Assembly: GCF_006345805.1 (NCBI RefSeq)
Contig: NW_021832222.1
Coordinates: forward strand, 78,334 to 142,333
Direction: 5' to 3'
DNA from: Octopus sinensis
Taxonomy: Eukaryota
Length of the DNA stretch: 64,000 nucleotides
Program-made: the position numbers and the translations under genes
The notes under the pieces: generated by a model
Seen by the model: the letters and a program-made list of their open reading frames with translations, nothing else
The model's database searches: none
What the model was told of the DNA's origin: nothing
Shown: positions 39,546 to 52,316 of the stretch, in pieces
Layout: every line of letters begins with the position of its first letter
Numbering within the stretch: position 1 is the stretch's first letter

Positions 39546-39791
39546 TTATAAAACGACTTTTATTTCCATAGATACATTTTTTTATTTTTATTTGACACAA
39601 AACAAGAATTGAAGTAAATATTAATTAAATAATCTTCTCCTTCTATTCGAAGTGATTGTTGACAGGCACAGGGGATGTAGACACGTTTATTTGTCAAGTT
39701 TTATACTATCATTAGAATATTTAGAAAAATAATTTTTGTAAATGTTTTACATTTAATAGTTAAGAAATTTATAAAAAAAATAATTTATGCA

Positions 39792-41900
39792 ATGATCAAG
39801 AACTACTTTCTGGTGGTGACCGATGATGAAATTGAAAGAGGTAAATAAACTTAAATAAAAATAAAGACAATTTATCAATATTAAACTGCCATCAAAACAT
39901 TTTGGACAAAGCAATCCTATCAACAGAATCCACCGGACAGAGCAACTCATATTTAATCCCATTGGCCCACAATAACATGCCCTTACACGTGCTGGACGAC
40001 ATGTCCGTGGATTATTTGATGTGTTATTTAATTTCCAAACAGCGAGAACAACGAATAGCCTGCTCGTTGTATTTTTCTCACATTTTTAGACAGCCATTGA
40101 AAAGTCTAATTTTTAAAAATATTCACAAAATTGCCACAATTTTATCAAAAGGTAAAATAAAATAAATTTTTGAGAACGCGGGGTTTTTGTGGACGTTTTT
40201 TGTTTTGTGGAAACGGATGAATCGCTCTCGTAAAAAATGACATAAAAATTGTAGCAAATCTAAACTAAATGGCCTGAAACGTCTCCAATTGTGGAATAAT
40301 GCCTCGATTAATATTATTTGCTTAAATAAGGACAAAAATGAGGAGTCGAAGGTCAGAAATCTGGCCGATCGACACGCATTTCGTTTCCATAGGACTTTTA
40401 TATCGTCTGATCACAACAATCTTGTTTGGCGTGGTTCTATTTTAATTGATAATGTTTATTATTCTTTTTATTTTAGAAAATTGTTGCAATCGGCTGCCAA
40501 CTAGTGGAAAAGAATGTCACCACGTCGGATCATTATGTATGATATTTATTTATTATTTATATATTATGTAATTAATAAATAAAAATATTAATTAAAATAT
40601 ATAGAAAAAATTTATGACATATAACTATGGGGCGTTCTATGGAAATATTTACGGACATTTTTCTCCACACTCTGTCCCGAGTTACTTACTCGAGCCCGTC
40701 GAAATGGCTTTACAGTTCAACGAAAGGTTTATTTCCCGCCAAAATTTCAGTCATTCTCAATCAATCGCTTTTTGTAAACTATTAAAAGAATATCAAAATG
40801 TTCGTTAAAAATATATTTTTAGTCGTTTTTTGTTCTCCGCATTTACATGTCGAGATCACCGGTGGAGAACCCGTACGGGACAGAAACCAACTCTCTCTCT
40901 GCGTGGATAAAATGGACACAAACCACACCAAATGAGCGGAATGAATGTGAAATGTGTTTTTATTTGTAGTATGGACATATCCCAGCAATCCTGTCATTTC
41001 TAAGTACGAGACATTTCATTTTCTGCTCACAGGCAGTGCAGAGGACTCCCAATCCAGTATTTCTGCATTCCTCCTCCGCTCTCCACATGATTCCTTATTT
41101 ACTAATTTAATACAAATTAACAGTCAGGTCAAACTACGGAAAAACATGTTTTTGTTGTATTTATGCTTAGAGAATATTCTGATGGGAATTGTATTGGGAA
41201 TATTGGTTGGTTGTCCACCACTGATTCAGTCCTTGCTGTCATTCGGGCTATTGGGGAGGATTGTGACGAGAAAAATGTGTTTGAAAAGTTGAAATCGGTT
41301 TATAATGAACGGACATTCTCCGCGGATGTCATTTCAGGGAATGAGGATATGACAAAGTTTGATTTGAGATTCCTTCAGCTGTTGAGTCAGAAAACTAAAA
41401 ATCAGGATTTTTGTAAAGTTTTGGCTGAGAAAGTATTTTTTGTTTATTTTTTGAGACAATAAATGTGCCTCAAGTGAAGGATGAGGAACAATCTTTGGTT
41501 GAAACTGAGTCGGGGAATGTGGGGAATTACAGTCATGTTATTATATTTATTATATTCTAGTTTCTCAAGGCTGTTGTGGTTAGAGTGCTCAAAGAGAACA
41601 AGATTGAGAAATCAGATGTTATATTCACTCGATGTGCTCTCCGTTTGTTTAACGTGACTAAATCTTTTATTAAGGTGGTGGATTGTGTTTATATTGAAGG
41701 ATATAAGTGACCCCATGACACTGAAGAAGTCGATTGTGTCCATTTCTAGAGCACAGGCACCGCTTGTTGGATTTGTTCTTTATTCTTGTAGATTATTCAG
41801 TTTGAAAAAATGCAGAATATATGATCCACTTTTCTTTATACTTTGATTACACGAATAATTTTTTGTCCTTTTTTAACTTTTTATTCATTTTTATAAAAAA
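39792..41900 (+). CDS. Unidentified multi-exon protein-coding gene (boundaries approximate)
   Basis: Chain of plus-strand ORF segments (39902-40165, 40289-40504, 40614-40808, 41163-41462) separated by small GT-AG intron-like gaps; no family recognised and the 5' exon phase is unresolved. Confidence 0.55.
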
Positions 41901-42699
41901 TTATTAAATAATTAAACAAAACTCTGAATCGGAAAATGTTGGTAGTCTGTGTTTATTTTCCGAGTTGGGAAATTTTTAAAGCAAGTCGAAAAGACAAAGA
42001 AAATAGACAGGATATTAGCAAAAATAATTTGCACATAAATTTTCTAAAGTTGATTTGGAACCAAGTTCTAAGGGTCACCGGGAACCCATGGGAACATTGC
42101 AAGTTTTGATAGTTTTAGTCAAAGGTGACGGCTGCTGTTATTCCCCAAATGAGCTTAATCCGTTAATTAGTAGTTACAACATTATAAATTAGTATATCGA
42201 GAAATCAATGCGAATATATATAAGTTCATCGGTGCCAATTTATATAAATGAATCCTTTTGAATGTAAATGTTTAAGTTGCATAAATTTTTGGAATCGGAA
42301 TAATATTTGGTGCAATAATCAGACTTTCTCTTTTGAATCATTTTGCGAAAAATTTAAAATAGGAGATCGGGTAATTACGCACAATAATTTTACTGGTGAA
42401 TAAAAATAAAAGTTAACGAACTAGGAACCATCAAATTTATTACAGTTCTCAAAAATTCATTTCGATTGAAGGGAAACGTTTACGTGGGGATAAAACTCGA
42501 CAAAATATGTTCAGCACATTTTATAACAAATAGTCAATTTCCTGGCCTTTTCCGGAACAGGTTCCGACCGAGCAATCTTTTTCTGCCCATTGTGTCGTGG
42601 CATTATTGTTTCAGTCGACGATGTTAAACTTGTCTATTCGATCTAATAAACTGACATTTTTATTAAATTTTATTCACATTCTGATTTGGATCTTCTCTT

Positions 42700-43265
42700 G
42701 GAGTTCGAATTCCTCATAATTATGGCTCTTGATCATTTCTTCCTCAGACCGGATTAAACAAATTTTGGATTCCGCGGGCCAGACTATTAATTTTTGAATT
42801 TTTCGATTTAACAGAATATTTGCTGTCTAAGCTTACGATGGTGAATTAATTTTTCAGATCTGAGTCATATTTCAAATCAAACATTTCCAATTGTAAGTTA
42901 GATGCAAGATCAGGAATATTTCAAGTGAATATTGATCGAAAACAGTAAATTTATTTTCAAGTTCACAGAAAATTTCAAAATGTGTCGAAGTAATCCTATT
43001 ATTTTCTCCTTGTAACGATTCATATCAACATTCAATGTTGTAAAAATTACACTTTTTAAACAAGAGAGCAGAGTGCGTCCTGCAAAATACAGTGAAATAT
43101 CCAAAAATCACATCCTCCATTTGCAGCTTGTACCTTCTCTTTAAATTGAGCCACAACGCCAGTTCATTGATGGAGCACCATCTGTAGCCACATTAACAGC
43201 ACGTCCCCATTCCACTCTAAACCTATCTAAGAGATTTAAATAAGAGATTTCAATATTCCATTTGC
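42700..43265 (-). pseudogene. hAT transposase remnant (SPIN/GTF2IRD2-like)
   Basis: AVNVATDGAPSM and FHCILQDALC motifs; downstream LQLEMFDLKYDSDLKN resembles the pre-dimerisation region. Confidence 0.6.
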
Positions 43266-43269
43266 CTTA

Positions 43270-43592
43270 GTGGTGTGGATGCTCTTTGGACATGTCCTAA
43301 GAGCCTCGGAAATGACGCCGGCCAATCAGAACATGGAATCCTACTTCTGCTCATTAAATAAAACGGCATATAGGGGCCGACAAAGAACAACATTACCGAC
43401 TACGCTCGACCATGATCTCACGTCGATTGTAAGGAAACTGAAATCGGCCAATAATCTGGACGAACTGAGATACCTCGCACGTAACAGGGGAGCGTGGATA
43501 CGACTAACAGAGCGTATCCTGAGTCGGATGGCAAAAGTGGAATCTTAATTAACTTTTTGATTCCGCGAGATTGCTTTAATAATAATAATAAT
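43270..43592 (+). mobile_element. RTE-clade LINE 3' end
   Basis: LFGHVLR..RGRQRTTLP..LRYLARNRGAW followed by an (AAT)5 tail at 43578-43592. Confidence 0.7.
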
Positions 43593-44179
43593 AGTGGTGT
43601 CAATCATATGTATCAAATCAAGGAATTCCTCTGTGAACGTGAAATCCTCGTCCACGCCACGAATGAATTAAGTTAGTTGAACCACATCTATATAATGTAG
43701 CACTGTCAATAGCAATAGTAAAGATAATGAATGAACTGATTTTCGTTTTGAGTTGTTTATGAAAATCAGTGGCAGGTTTTGTAATATTGTTTGAAAATCC
43801 TTAAAAGCCTAACCAGGTTCCATCTGGGTTTGGAAATGTATATCTAAAGAACGGCAGTCCTCACAAATTGCAACGAGGGCTGGTTCTGTACGGAGGAGAG
43901 TGACTAGCTTATCAAACAGTTGGAAAAGACAAGACGTTTCGCTTTGAAAATGGCATATGAGGTAGAACTTGATGGAAGGCTACAAGACTCACAAGAATCC
44001 TCTGTGCCCACGATCTGAATGGTCCTGGCAAAAAGTTGTGTTAAGTAATTATAATTGGAATTGGCATTGAAAAAGACACTTTGGTGTTTTGTTTTTATCT
44101 CTTCGTTAATGACTTTTTCTTGTTTTGGGGGTTTTGGTTTTTCTTGAAAAATACAAAACTATTCTATTTTAAGAGACAA

Positions 44180-46594
44180 TTTTTTATTTATTTATCCCCG
44201 GCCCCTTCAATTGAAGGAAACCGGTGGCTAACATGAACGAAAGTGTCAATGTCGGACGCTCCCAAAGATCTCAGATCGCGATCCGGTGTTTTGAGGAAGC
44301 AGAAGGTGGGCCTGGACACGAGAAAAGGTCACTGAGAGAGTGGGATTCGTGGATTCGGCAAGGCCTATTCTTCGCAGATAATTGCGTAGCCCAATATGAT
44401 GGTCACAGCGGAAAATGGCCAAGTTCACTCGGGCTTCTCTCTCGAGAGAGGATTCGATGTTGTTTATTAGTGGCAAAATGCGCCCTAGAAGCTTGTTTAT
44501 TTCAAGACATTTGATTGCCTTCGTAGCTACCAAGTCGTGAATTCTCTTCTGGTTATTGTCCGGAAGAAATAGTTTAAGCATGCGGATTTTGTCCGCGAAG
44601 GTCGGAATTATTTTCCTGTTATTGGAGGAGTGCCAGAGAAAGTAGGCGGGGTGATTTAGCTTTCGCCATTTGTCAAGAAATTGTAACCCAAGCATTTCAA
44701 AATGGTCTCTGATAGGAAGGATTTTCGATTCCCAATGTAAGTGGTCAGTAGGTGTCGTTTTTAGACAGCCCGTAATAATTCGTAATGCTGAATTTTGGGT
44801 TCTCTGAAGTTTTTCAAGGTTTGCAATAGATAAACAGGAGCCCCAAGCTGGGACAGCGTAGTTCATTGTTGTTCTGATAAACTGCTTGTATACAGTTATT
44901 AGACATGACGTCCCCGCAATAGCTCGAAGCACATTGAGTTTTTTCTGGGATTTTTCACAGATGTATGAAACATGTTTCGAGAAAGATAAACAGCAGTCAA
45001 ATTTCAGACCCAAGATTTTTGGGGAATTTTCAACTAGGAGTGGAATGTTGTCTAGGAATAGTTTAGGCTCTAAGTAGAACTGATTACGGTCAGTTGTGAA
45101 TGGAGTAACAGATGATTTGGATGTGGAAGGTTGAAGAAGATTGCATTTCAGCCAAAACGATAGAGTGTTCATGTGTTCCTGCAGAGATCCAGAAGCGGTG
45201 TTAATGTTTTGGTGGCAAGAGACAATAATTATGTCATCAGCGTAGGAGAGAAGTAGAATATTATTGTTCGTCGGGATACTGGACAGATGTAAGTTAAATA
45301 AAGCAGGTGAAAGAACCGAGCCTTGGGGAACCCCGTTAGGCAAGTATTTGTAACGTGAGTAAGAGGACATGATTGTCGTGCGACCTAGACGCCCAGAAAG
45401 GAAAGAGAGTAACCATGACTTTATTTGATGAGGAAATTCCGTATCGATTATTTTCCTACACAGAACATGTCTCGACGTTCTGTCAAATGCTTTTTCAATG
45501 TCGATGGATGCAATAAGTGTTATTTGAAGAGGATTATGATTGTTAAACCCATCCGCAATGAATTGTGTCAGTCTTGAAAGATGGGTCAAAGTGGAATGCA
45601 AAGAACGAAAGCCGTGTTGAGATTCAGCAAATGGAAGGAAAGGTTTTATGATGCTCAGTACTACTCGTTCTGTTATTTTTGAAACCACTGAAATCAAAGA
45701 GATAGGTCGAAAAGAAGAAGAGTCAGAGGTATCTCGATTTGGTTTTGGAATATGGATGATGATCAATTTTTTTTCAAAGCATAGGAACCAAACCATGGTC
45801 GATCGAGTATTCGATTAAATTGGTCAGGGCCAGAAAGCCATTTGGACCGAGATTTTTTAGATGGTGGATGACAAGACCATCCGGACCTCTGGCATTAGAA
45901 TTCCTCGAGTTAACAACAAGCTGCTTTGTAAGTGATTCCGGGATGTTAATAAAGTGCGTAGAATTGACATTGGAATTAAAATGAGATTTTCTTATGAAAC
46001 GGAGATTCTTTGGGGTAGGAAGGTGACTAATTTTTGCATAATGACGAATTAAGATGTTAGCTTGATCCCGAAAGGATAGGACAGATTTTTCGGACGAGAT
46101 GTCGGTGGCATTTAGAGAGGGCATGTTTGCCTTGTGTGAATTTTTCTGAGGGTTCTTCAGAAACCACGGGATGCAGTATGTGGGGATATAGATGTGATAA
46201 AATCATTCCATTCTTTAGTTTTATGTTTTTTGAAAAATTCGTCGATTTGTTTGTTGATTTCTGCTAGATATTCCGCATTTCCATTTACAATTTTTTATCG
46301 ATAATTAAATTCTAGAATCTAGATATTTGTATCTGACGTTAAATAATAATTCAAAATTTTAAATACACCATCTGTTTTGGAGAAAATTCCGGACGAATTT
46401 GAGAGACGGTGTTTGCACGTTAAGCAAAAAAAGACTGAACACGTAAGAATCGCAAGGGAATCGAAATATATTAATGAAAGCTGGAGGAAAAAAAGGAAAT
46501 TGGGATTATTACTTGGTGATAGTAGGACATGATGTACCGGAGAGTTTAGGCCTCTGCAATGTACAAGAAAATGCAAAAGATTTGGAATGGCCAA
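44180..46594 (-). mobile_element. 5'-truncated APE-type LINE with an uninterrupted RT core (I/Ingi-Vingi-like)
   Basis: 516-codon ORF 44246-45796 with FRPISLIS, IDIEKAFD, GVPQGSVLSPALFN, YADD, PKILGLKFD, QNSALRIITGC; frameshift at the RT N-terminus; short TAAA-type tail at 44180-44194. Confidence 0.85.
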
Positions 46595-46639
46595 AAAAGA
46601 TTCCTAACAGAAAATTATACGCTATGACAAATTATACGC

Positions 46640-46800
46640 TATGACCAATAAGCATCAATATTATAGAATCAAGATGGAGGCTGTTTGGACACGTACTTAG
46701 GATGGACGTAAACATACCGTTCAGAGGAAGGCCCAGGGTCACTTTCCCTGTTGCACTAAACAAGGATCTCAACGGAATTAGAAGAAAAAATTTAAATACA
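46640..46800 (+). pseudogene. RTE 3' remnant
   Basis: ESRWRLFGHVLRMD..RGRPRVTFPVALNKDL, homologous to 43270-43548. Confidence 0.55.
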
Positions 46801-47923
46801 CTTTTAAACTTTTCTCGCGAACCGTATCCCTGTCACCTCTGATATAGACTCTAAAATAGACTTTTGTTTGGTCTTAATATTATTTTACTGCTTGTTTTGA
46901 TATGAGTCAATGATTTTGATGTTTCACTTTTTAGAATTTTTATATATTTCTTGCTAGAATGTTAATTAGTTAATGAAAGTCTGGGTTACCATTACCAGTG
47001 CTATTAAAAAATACTTTGATTTCGCTATTGATTTCGCTTGTGTCATGTTCTTAACTTTTTCATCATTAATCTTTTCCATTCGTTTTGTTGTCTTGCTTTT
47101 CTTTTAATTTTGTCCAGATTGTCAACATCCTTCAATCGGCCCCCGATAACAGTTTTCAAATATCCTCGGATCACATTATAATTTATTCTGGTATTCACAA
47201 GCGTGGTCTTGCCTTCGTATTAAAAATCGACGTTTGAATAGACACATCTATTTTAGCTATACTTTCCATAAACCTTCAGTATCAATAAAAATATGTATTA
47301 AGTTTTTCTGAACCCACATTATTCCAAATTGCTTGAAAGTTAGTGAGATTTTTCATTCAAGTTGTCGTTGAAAAACTATGAGAAGGTGGCATTTTTCTCC
47401 GTTGGATTTAACATTGTACTAACATCAAAAGTTTTTTAATAAATTTCTTTTATAGTCTAACAAGATGCCATAAACAATAAGAAAGGCGCCCCTTAAAATT
47501 TTACTATTAAACGTGTTTTAGTTTTTGCTCTATTTGGTCAGAAATGGCATTATATAACTAAAATATGGGACCAGTATATATGAAATCAGAATGTGAGTCT
47601 CAAAATATACAAAATTCTAATCGTGAACGTGAATACAAGTGCAGACAAAAGCAAAAGACTCAATTTGAGAGAATAATAAATCAAGATCTGTAGAGGGCTG
47701 AAATGAAAGAGCAACTTATCTCAAAGTAACATTCGAGAAGAATACTAATTTCAAAGAAGGCATACTACAAAAGACGTGTTTAAAAAAACTGAATGCAGTT
47801 CGTATTTTTCGACTGAGAAAAAGTGTTTGTATTATATTGTATAATGCATACTGCTTCACTTACTTAATTAATCTCGCCTGTTTGTAAAACAAATAATTCA
47901 ATTAGTCAAAAAGTTAATAATTA

Positions 47924-50261
47924 TTAATGATTATTCCAATGAGAGATGACAGCTGCATTAATATTATCTCGATATCTGCGGTCATTTCCACTACTAATCT
48001 GGTCATCCACCCTGTTAATACAATCCATTACCATTTCATATTCGACCTAAACATAAGTAATATCACCCACCTCCAATATCCCTTTGGATTGGTAGTATAT
48101 TATATGATTCACCACCTCCAAAACAACTTGTCCATAACTATTCAAACACTGACTCGCCATTTTCAAAGCCTTCTTTAAACAAAAAAGTATTCTTTTCTGA
48201 TCCCCAACACACACGTACAAACGGGAACAGGCAATTATAGCAGATGACTGTTCAAATGGATCCTGAAACAAATTTGTGACTGATTTTGTCAAATTATTTA
48301 CAAAATCCTATCAATCTTAACTCCAACCACTACTTCTATTGGTATGTTACTGACATATGTCAATGCAGCCACCAATTGCAAAAAACAATCCAATCGGGAA
48401 GCCTTATCAACAACACTAAGATAATCAAAAATCTATTTTTATAACAAGTTAAACAACCTTGTCAATACAAAGAACTCCCTGAACTTGTAAATCCATTTTG
48501 CTAAGGGAATCAATGAGTAATAATGTCTGTATTAAACATTTTACTGAAAGAGTGTAAAAACGTGCTTTTTCGAGGACATTGACAGCTTGTAACACATTTT
48601 CGATTATTTTCAGTTCTGGTGATATGTAAGAATAGTATATCCATTTGTTGATAAGTACTGGCAATACTGACATAACCAAGTCTCCTTTGCCTTTAATCTC
48701 AGAAAAAATATAATCCAGAATCTATTGTTAGAAATTATAACAACTTGGATATATTTTGGATACTTTGGTGACAATTCGTGAATGACGGAAATCAGAGGAC
48801 CAACTGCCGGCTCATCTAATCCATTTTCCGAAGCAAAATATGACAGGACAAAGGTAACCTATAGAACTAGAACTAACATTATGAATTGAACATTATTCAT
48901 CTCCTGTATAAATGGATTTCCCTTTAATCCAATGGAAACCAAAGTGAGGACCTCCTCTTTACTGAGAGATGCTGTATTGGAGAGATTTATAAAGTTTTGA
49001 TTAGTCAAAATTAGTGACAAATCGTCACATAAATTCACCGTTTTTGACAGTAATTCAGTTATAAGTTTTATTGTTATTTTATTTATTTCAAATAAACTGG
49101 TTTTAATACTATTTATTATTTATATGTGGTTAACCTGTTTTGTAATAGGTTATCAAGGATGGAAATTATTGACAATATATTGTCGTTGGTGGAGTAGTCT
49201 TTACATAGCTCAAAAAAACTAACACATATTTTTATTATCCCAATGACCTCGAAATTTGATTCCTATTAAAAATTAAAATAAAAACAAAACAGAAATTAAC
49301 TTCAAAACAGCTTTAAAACAATTTTGAAAAATAACAGTTTTGGTCTGCTGTGTGTTAACTGACGGACAATTCAAGTAACCCCCAACCCTAACCAAAAATA
49401 CACAAATATTAAAAAAACCTATTAAAATAAGCAGTAAAAATAAACGGAATATCCACACCAGACTCAAATAAAAGAACATAATCCAAAAATTCAACATCCT
49501 CAACCACAGAAGGAAACAATCTTATCAAAGACAAGGCCAATGTGGTCTGTGAGAGAACATCCTTCGAGTACAAACACTGCTTTAAAATAGCCTCAGTAGA
49601 AACTGGATAAGCTGCTAGCCAATCCAAGGAACTCTGAACCAAAGGTAGAAGAGTCTCCCTGATTATAGCCTGACTGTCTTTATAGGCCGAATGGTAACGA
49701 ATTCTGCACCACATGAGATGTAGACATATAAAATTATCCAGCAGGAGAGAAGTGGGTATTTGTGGAGTATAGACATCATATAAAAGGCGGGAAAAATGTA
49801 TTCGAATATAAAAGGACTGTAGTGGTTGTTGTAGAGAGGATAACATCCATTCAATGTCTTCAATAATAACAGAAGGGTCCCCCATTCGGCATAGAACTGA
49901 CCCCACTGTGATGAGGAGATAAAGACGGGCTACTGTCTGGGGACAGTACTGCAGGGCTTCGTAGTAGGGGTTTAAATCAGAGGGATTCTTAGAGACCATT
50001 CCCAGCCATTTGGACAGATAGTCCAGTTCTTTAATGCACATTGACTCTAATTAGGATAGGGTATATAAATAACCAATTTCGGAGTATTCTTGGGGGAGAA
50101 ATGAGGGGGAAAGGGACTTGAGCATTAGAGAGGCATGTTTTAGTGACTTTGTGAATTTTCCCTTGTCCTGTTAATATATTTGGACAAGAATATACTAGGC
50201 AGCGTTTGAACAGCATTGATTCCTCCTCTACCACAATTCGTGCGGATTTTACAGATAGCAT
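47924..50261 (-). CDS. VPS35: Retromer cargo-recognition subunit VPS35, highly divergent
   Basis: FKRCL near the N-terminus, ARLYLLITVG signature, LQQPLQ, and C-terminal RILFCLKKALKMASQC..EVVNHIIYY. Confidence 0.85.
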
Positions 50262-50420
50262 TGTTAAACGTCCACTAGAGAAACTATTTAATTATTTTAT
50301 AATTAAATATATAAATCATAAAGATAGTCAATAAATTTAAATAAACTTAAAACAATAATTGGTTTTAAATTTATTTACAAGAACTTTTGGCTTCTCCAGT
50401 GAGTGGAATCTCAGTAAATA

Positions 50421-51877
50421 CACTAGGTGCAAAAAAAACCGTTTTTTTAAATACGGCATATTTTGCAGAGATAACCGTGATTTTTCTTTGTCGATATCGA
50501 AAGGGATCATTAAATTAACCCTAAATTTGTTATATTTTTTTGTATTGTGTTATATGTCTAAATTAAAAATTTTAATTACACGAGCGCAATAAAAAACCGT
50601 TTATTCTGGTGAGTGTGACATTTTTTACTTTTTTTAGAATTTTAACCCTCGATAAAATTACGAATGCTTGATGTAATAACAAAAGGAAAGATTCTAAGCT
50701 TGAATGCGTTAAATTGGACCACTAAAAAAATATCTGACGAGCTTAATATCCCGCGATCAATTATCGCTGACTTCATCCGATAATTCATTAAATATGGTAC
50801 GACTGAAAGAATGAAAGGTTCGAGGAGACCAAAAATTCTTAATAAGGACGATATCCTTATTTTACTCAACCTGGTTAAAGAGGACCCCCCAAAAAAAGCT
50901 GATTGCTTAAGGAATGATCTCCGTAAAATAACCGGAAGAACAGTCGGTAAAAGATCCATCGCAAATAATTTAAGAAGGGAGCAAATATATGCTCGTGTAT
51001 GTAGAAAAAAACCATTATTGAACAAAATAAATAGTGAAAAACGCTATAACATGGCAAAGCATTTCATTACTGTGCCAAACACTGAATGGATGAGGACAAT
51101 TTTCAGTGACGAATACAGTTTCGAAGTTTTTAATATTAAAAAACGGCAATATTGTTATCGGAAAAACAATATAGGCCTTCAAAAAAGCAACCTTTCGCCT
51201 ACTGTAAAATTTGGTGGGGGGAAAGTTATGGTCTGGGGCTGTTTTTCCTATTACGGAATGGGCTCGCTTGCTTTTATACACGGGAATATGAATTCCGCAC
51301 TTTATATCAACACACTATGTAACCATTTATGGGAATCTGCAAAAAAATGGAGCTTAGTGACTTTATTTTCCAACAAGACATGGCACCATGTCATACTTCC
51401 AAGATGACTATGCGATTTTTTCAAGAAAAGAAAGTAAACCTTTTACCATGGGCACCTCAATCACCGGATTTAAATCCGATCGAACATATATGGGCTCATA
51501 TGAAGAGGGAATTAAACACCTTTCATCCAAAGAATGTTTCGGAATTGAAAGAAAAATCGAAAATATTTGGAACGAAATACCGATTAGTTTTATAAAAAAA
51601 TTAATCGAAAGCATGCCGAATAGAGCACAAAAGCTTTTTAAGGCAAAAGGGGACCATATTGAATACTAACTTTAAATAATCAAAAATAAAACGGTTTTTT
51701 ATTGCGTTTGATTTTTTGTTAGTTATAATTTGTTAAGTAAAAATGATTACAAGTTCAAATATAAAAATAAAACTAGTGTTAAAAAATGATAAATTATTCA
51801 ATTATTTAATAAAAACAATATAGTTGCATAGTAAATTTTTGATATTTCGAAAAAACGGTTTTTTTTTGCACCTAGTG
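50421..51877 (+). mobile_element. Tc1-family (DD34E) transposon with IR-DR ends, inactivated
   Basis: TIR CACTAGGTGCAAAAAAAACCGTTTTTT at both ends; TA TSD; motifs FSDE, FQQDMAPCH, SPDLNPIEHIW with 34 residues between D and E; an internal stop and a frameshift. Confidence 0.92.
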
Positions 51878-52188
51878 TATGGCTGACCAGATAGCAGACG
51901 GGCTACTAACATCTACACTGTGAAAGTAGTGCCAATAACCTCAAAAGTCCCTATTAATGCATTTTTGCTTGAATTGTGTCATGCAATAATTCGACTTTGG
52001 GGTTAACCAGTTCAGACGTACTCAAAAATTCAAAAAGAATGCATTTGATATGTAGAATGAATATCAACTCTGGCGGACTATACAAACACTGTGTGGATTC
52101 AAAGGTGTATAACTCAGTCGGATTGTGTCCTTATTGTGAGCAGAGCAGCCGATGGGCACGAAATCATCGCGGTTGTTTAAATATGGGT

Positions 52189-52316
52189 GATTGCCCAGAT
52201 TGAGGTTGAAATTGAAAATATGCATCTTCGTGCACAGAAGCAGCTCTACATTTGGATGACAAACACAAGCCATTGGGGACATCACGGTGGCTCAATGCTC
52301 GTTCCTGGTGTACACT
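52189..52316 (+). repeat. Dispersed repeat core shared with 61029-61136
   Basis: CCAGATTGAGGTTGAAATTGAAAATATGCATCTT is identical in both copies; further shared blocks CTACATTTGGA and CTCGTTCCTGGT.TACACT. Confidence 0.8.

Noticed and set aside
47924-50261. VPS35L (C16orf62)
   Set aside because: RLYLLITVG and CLKKALK are VPS35 signatures.
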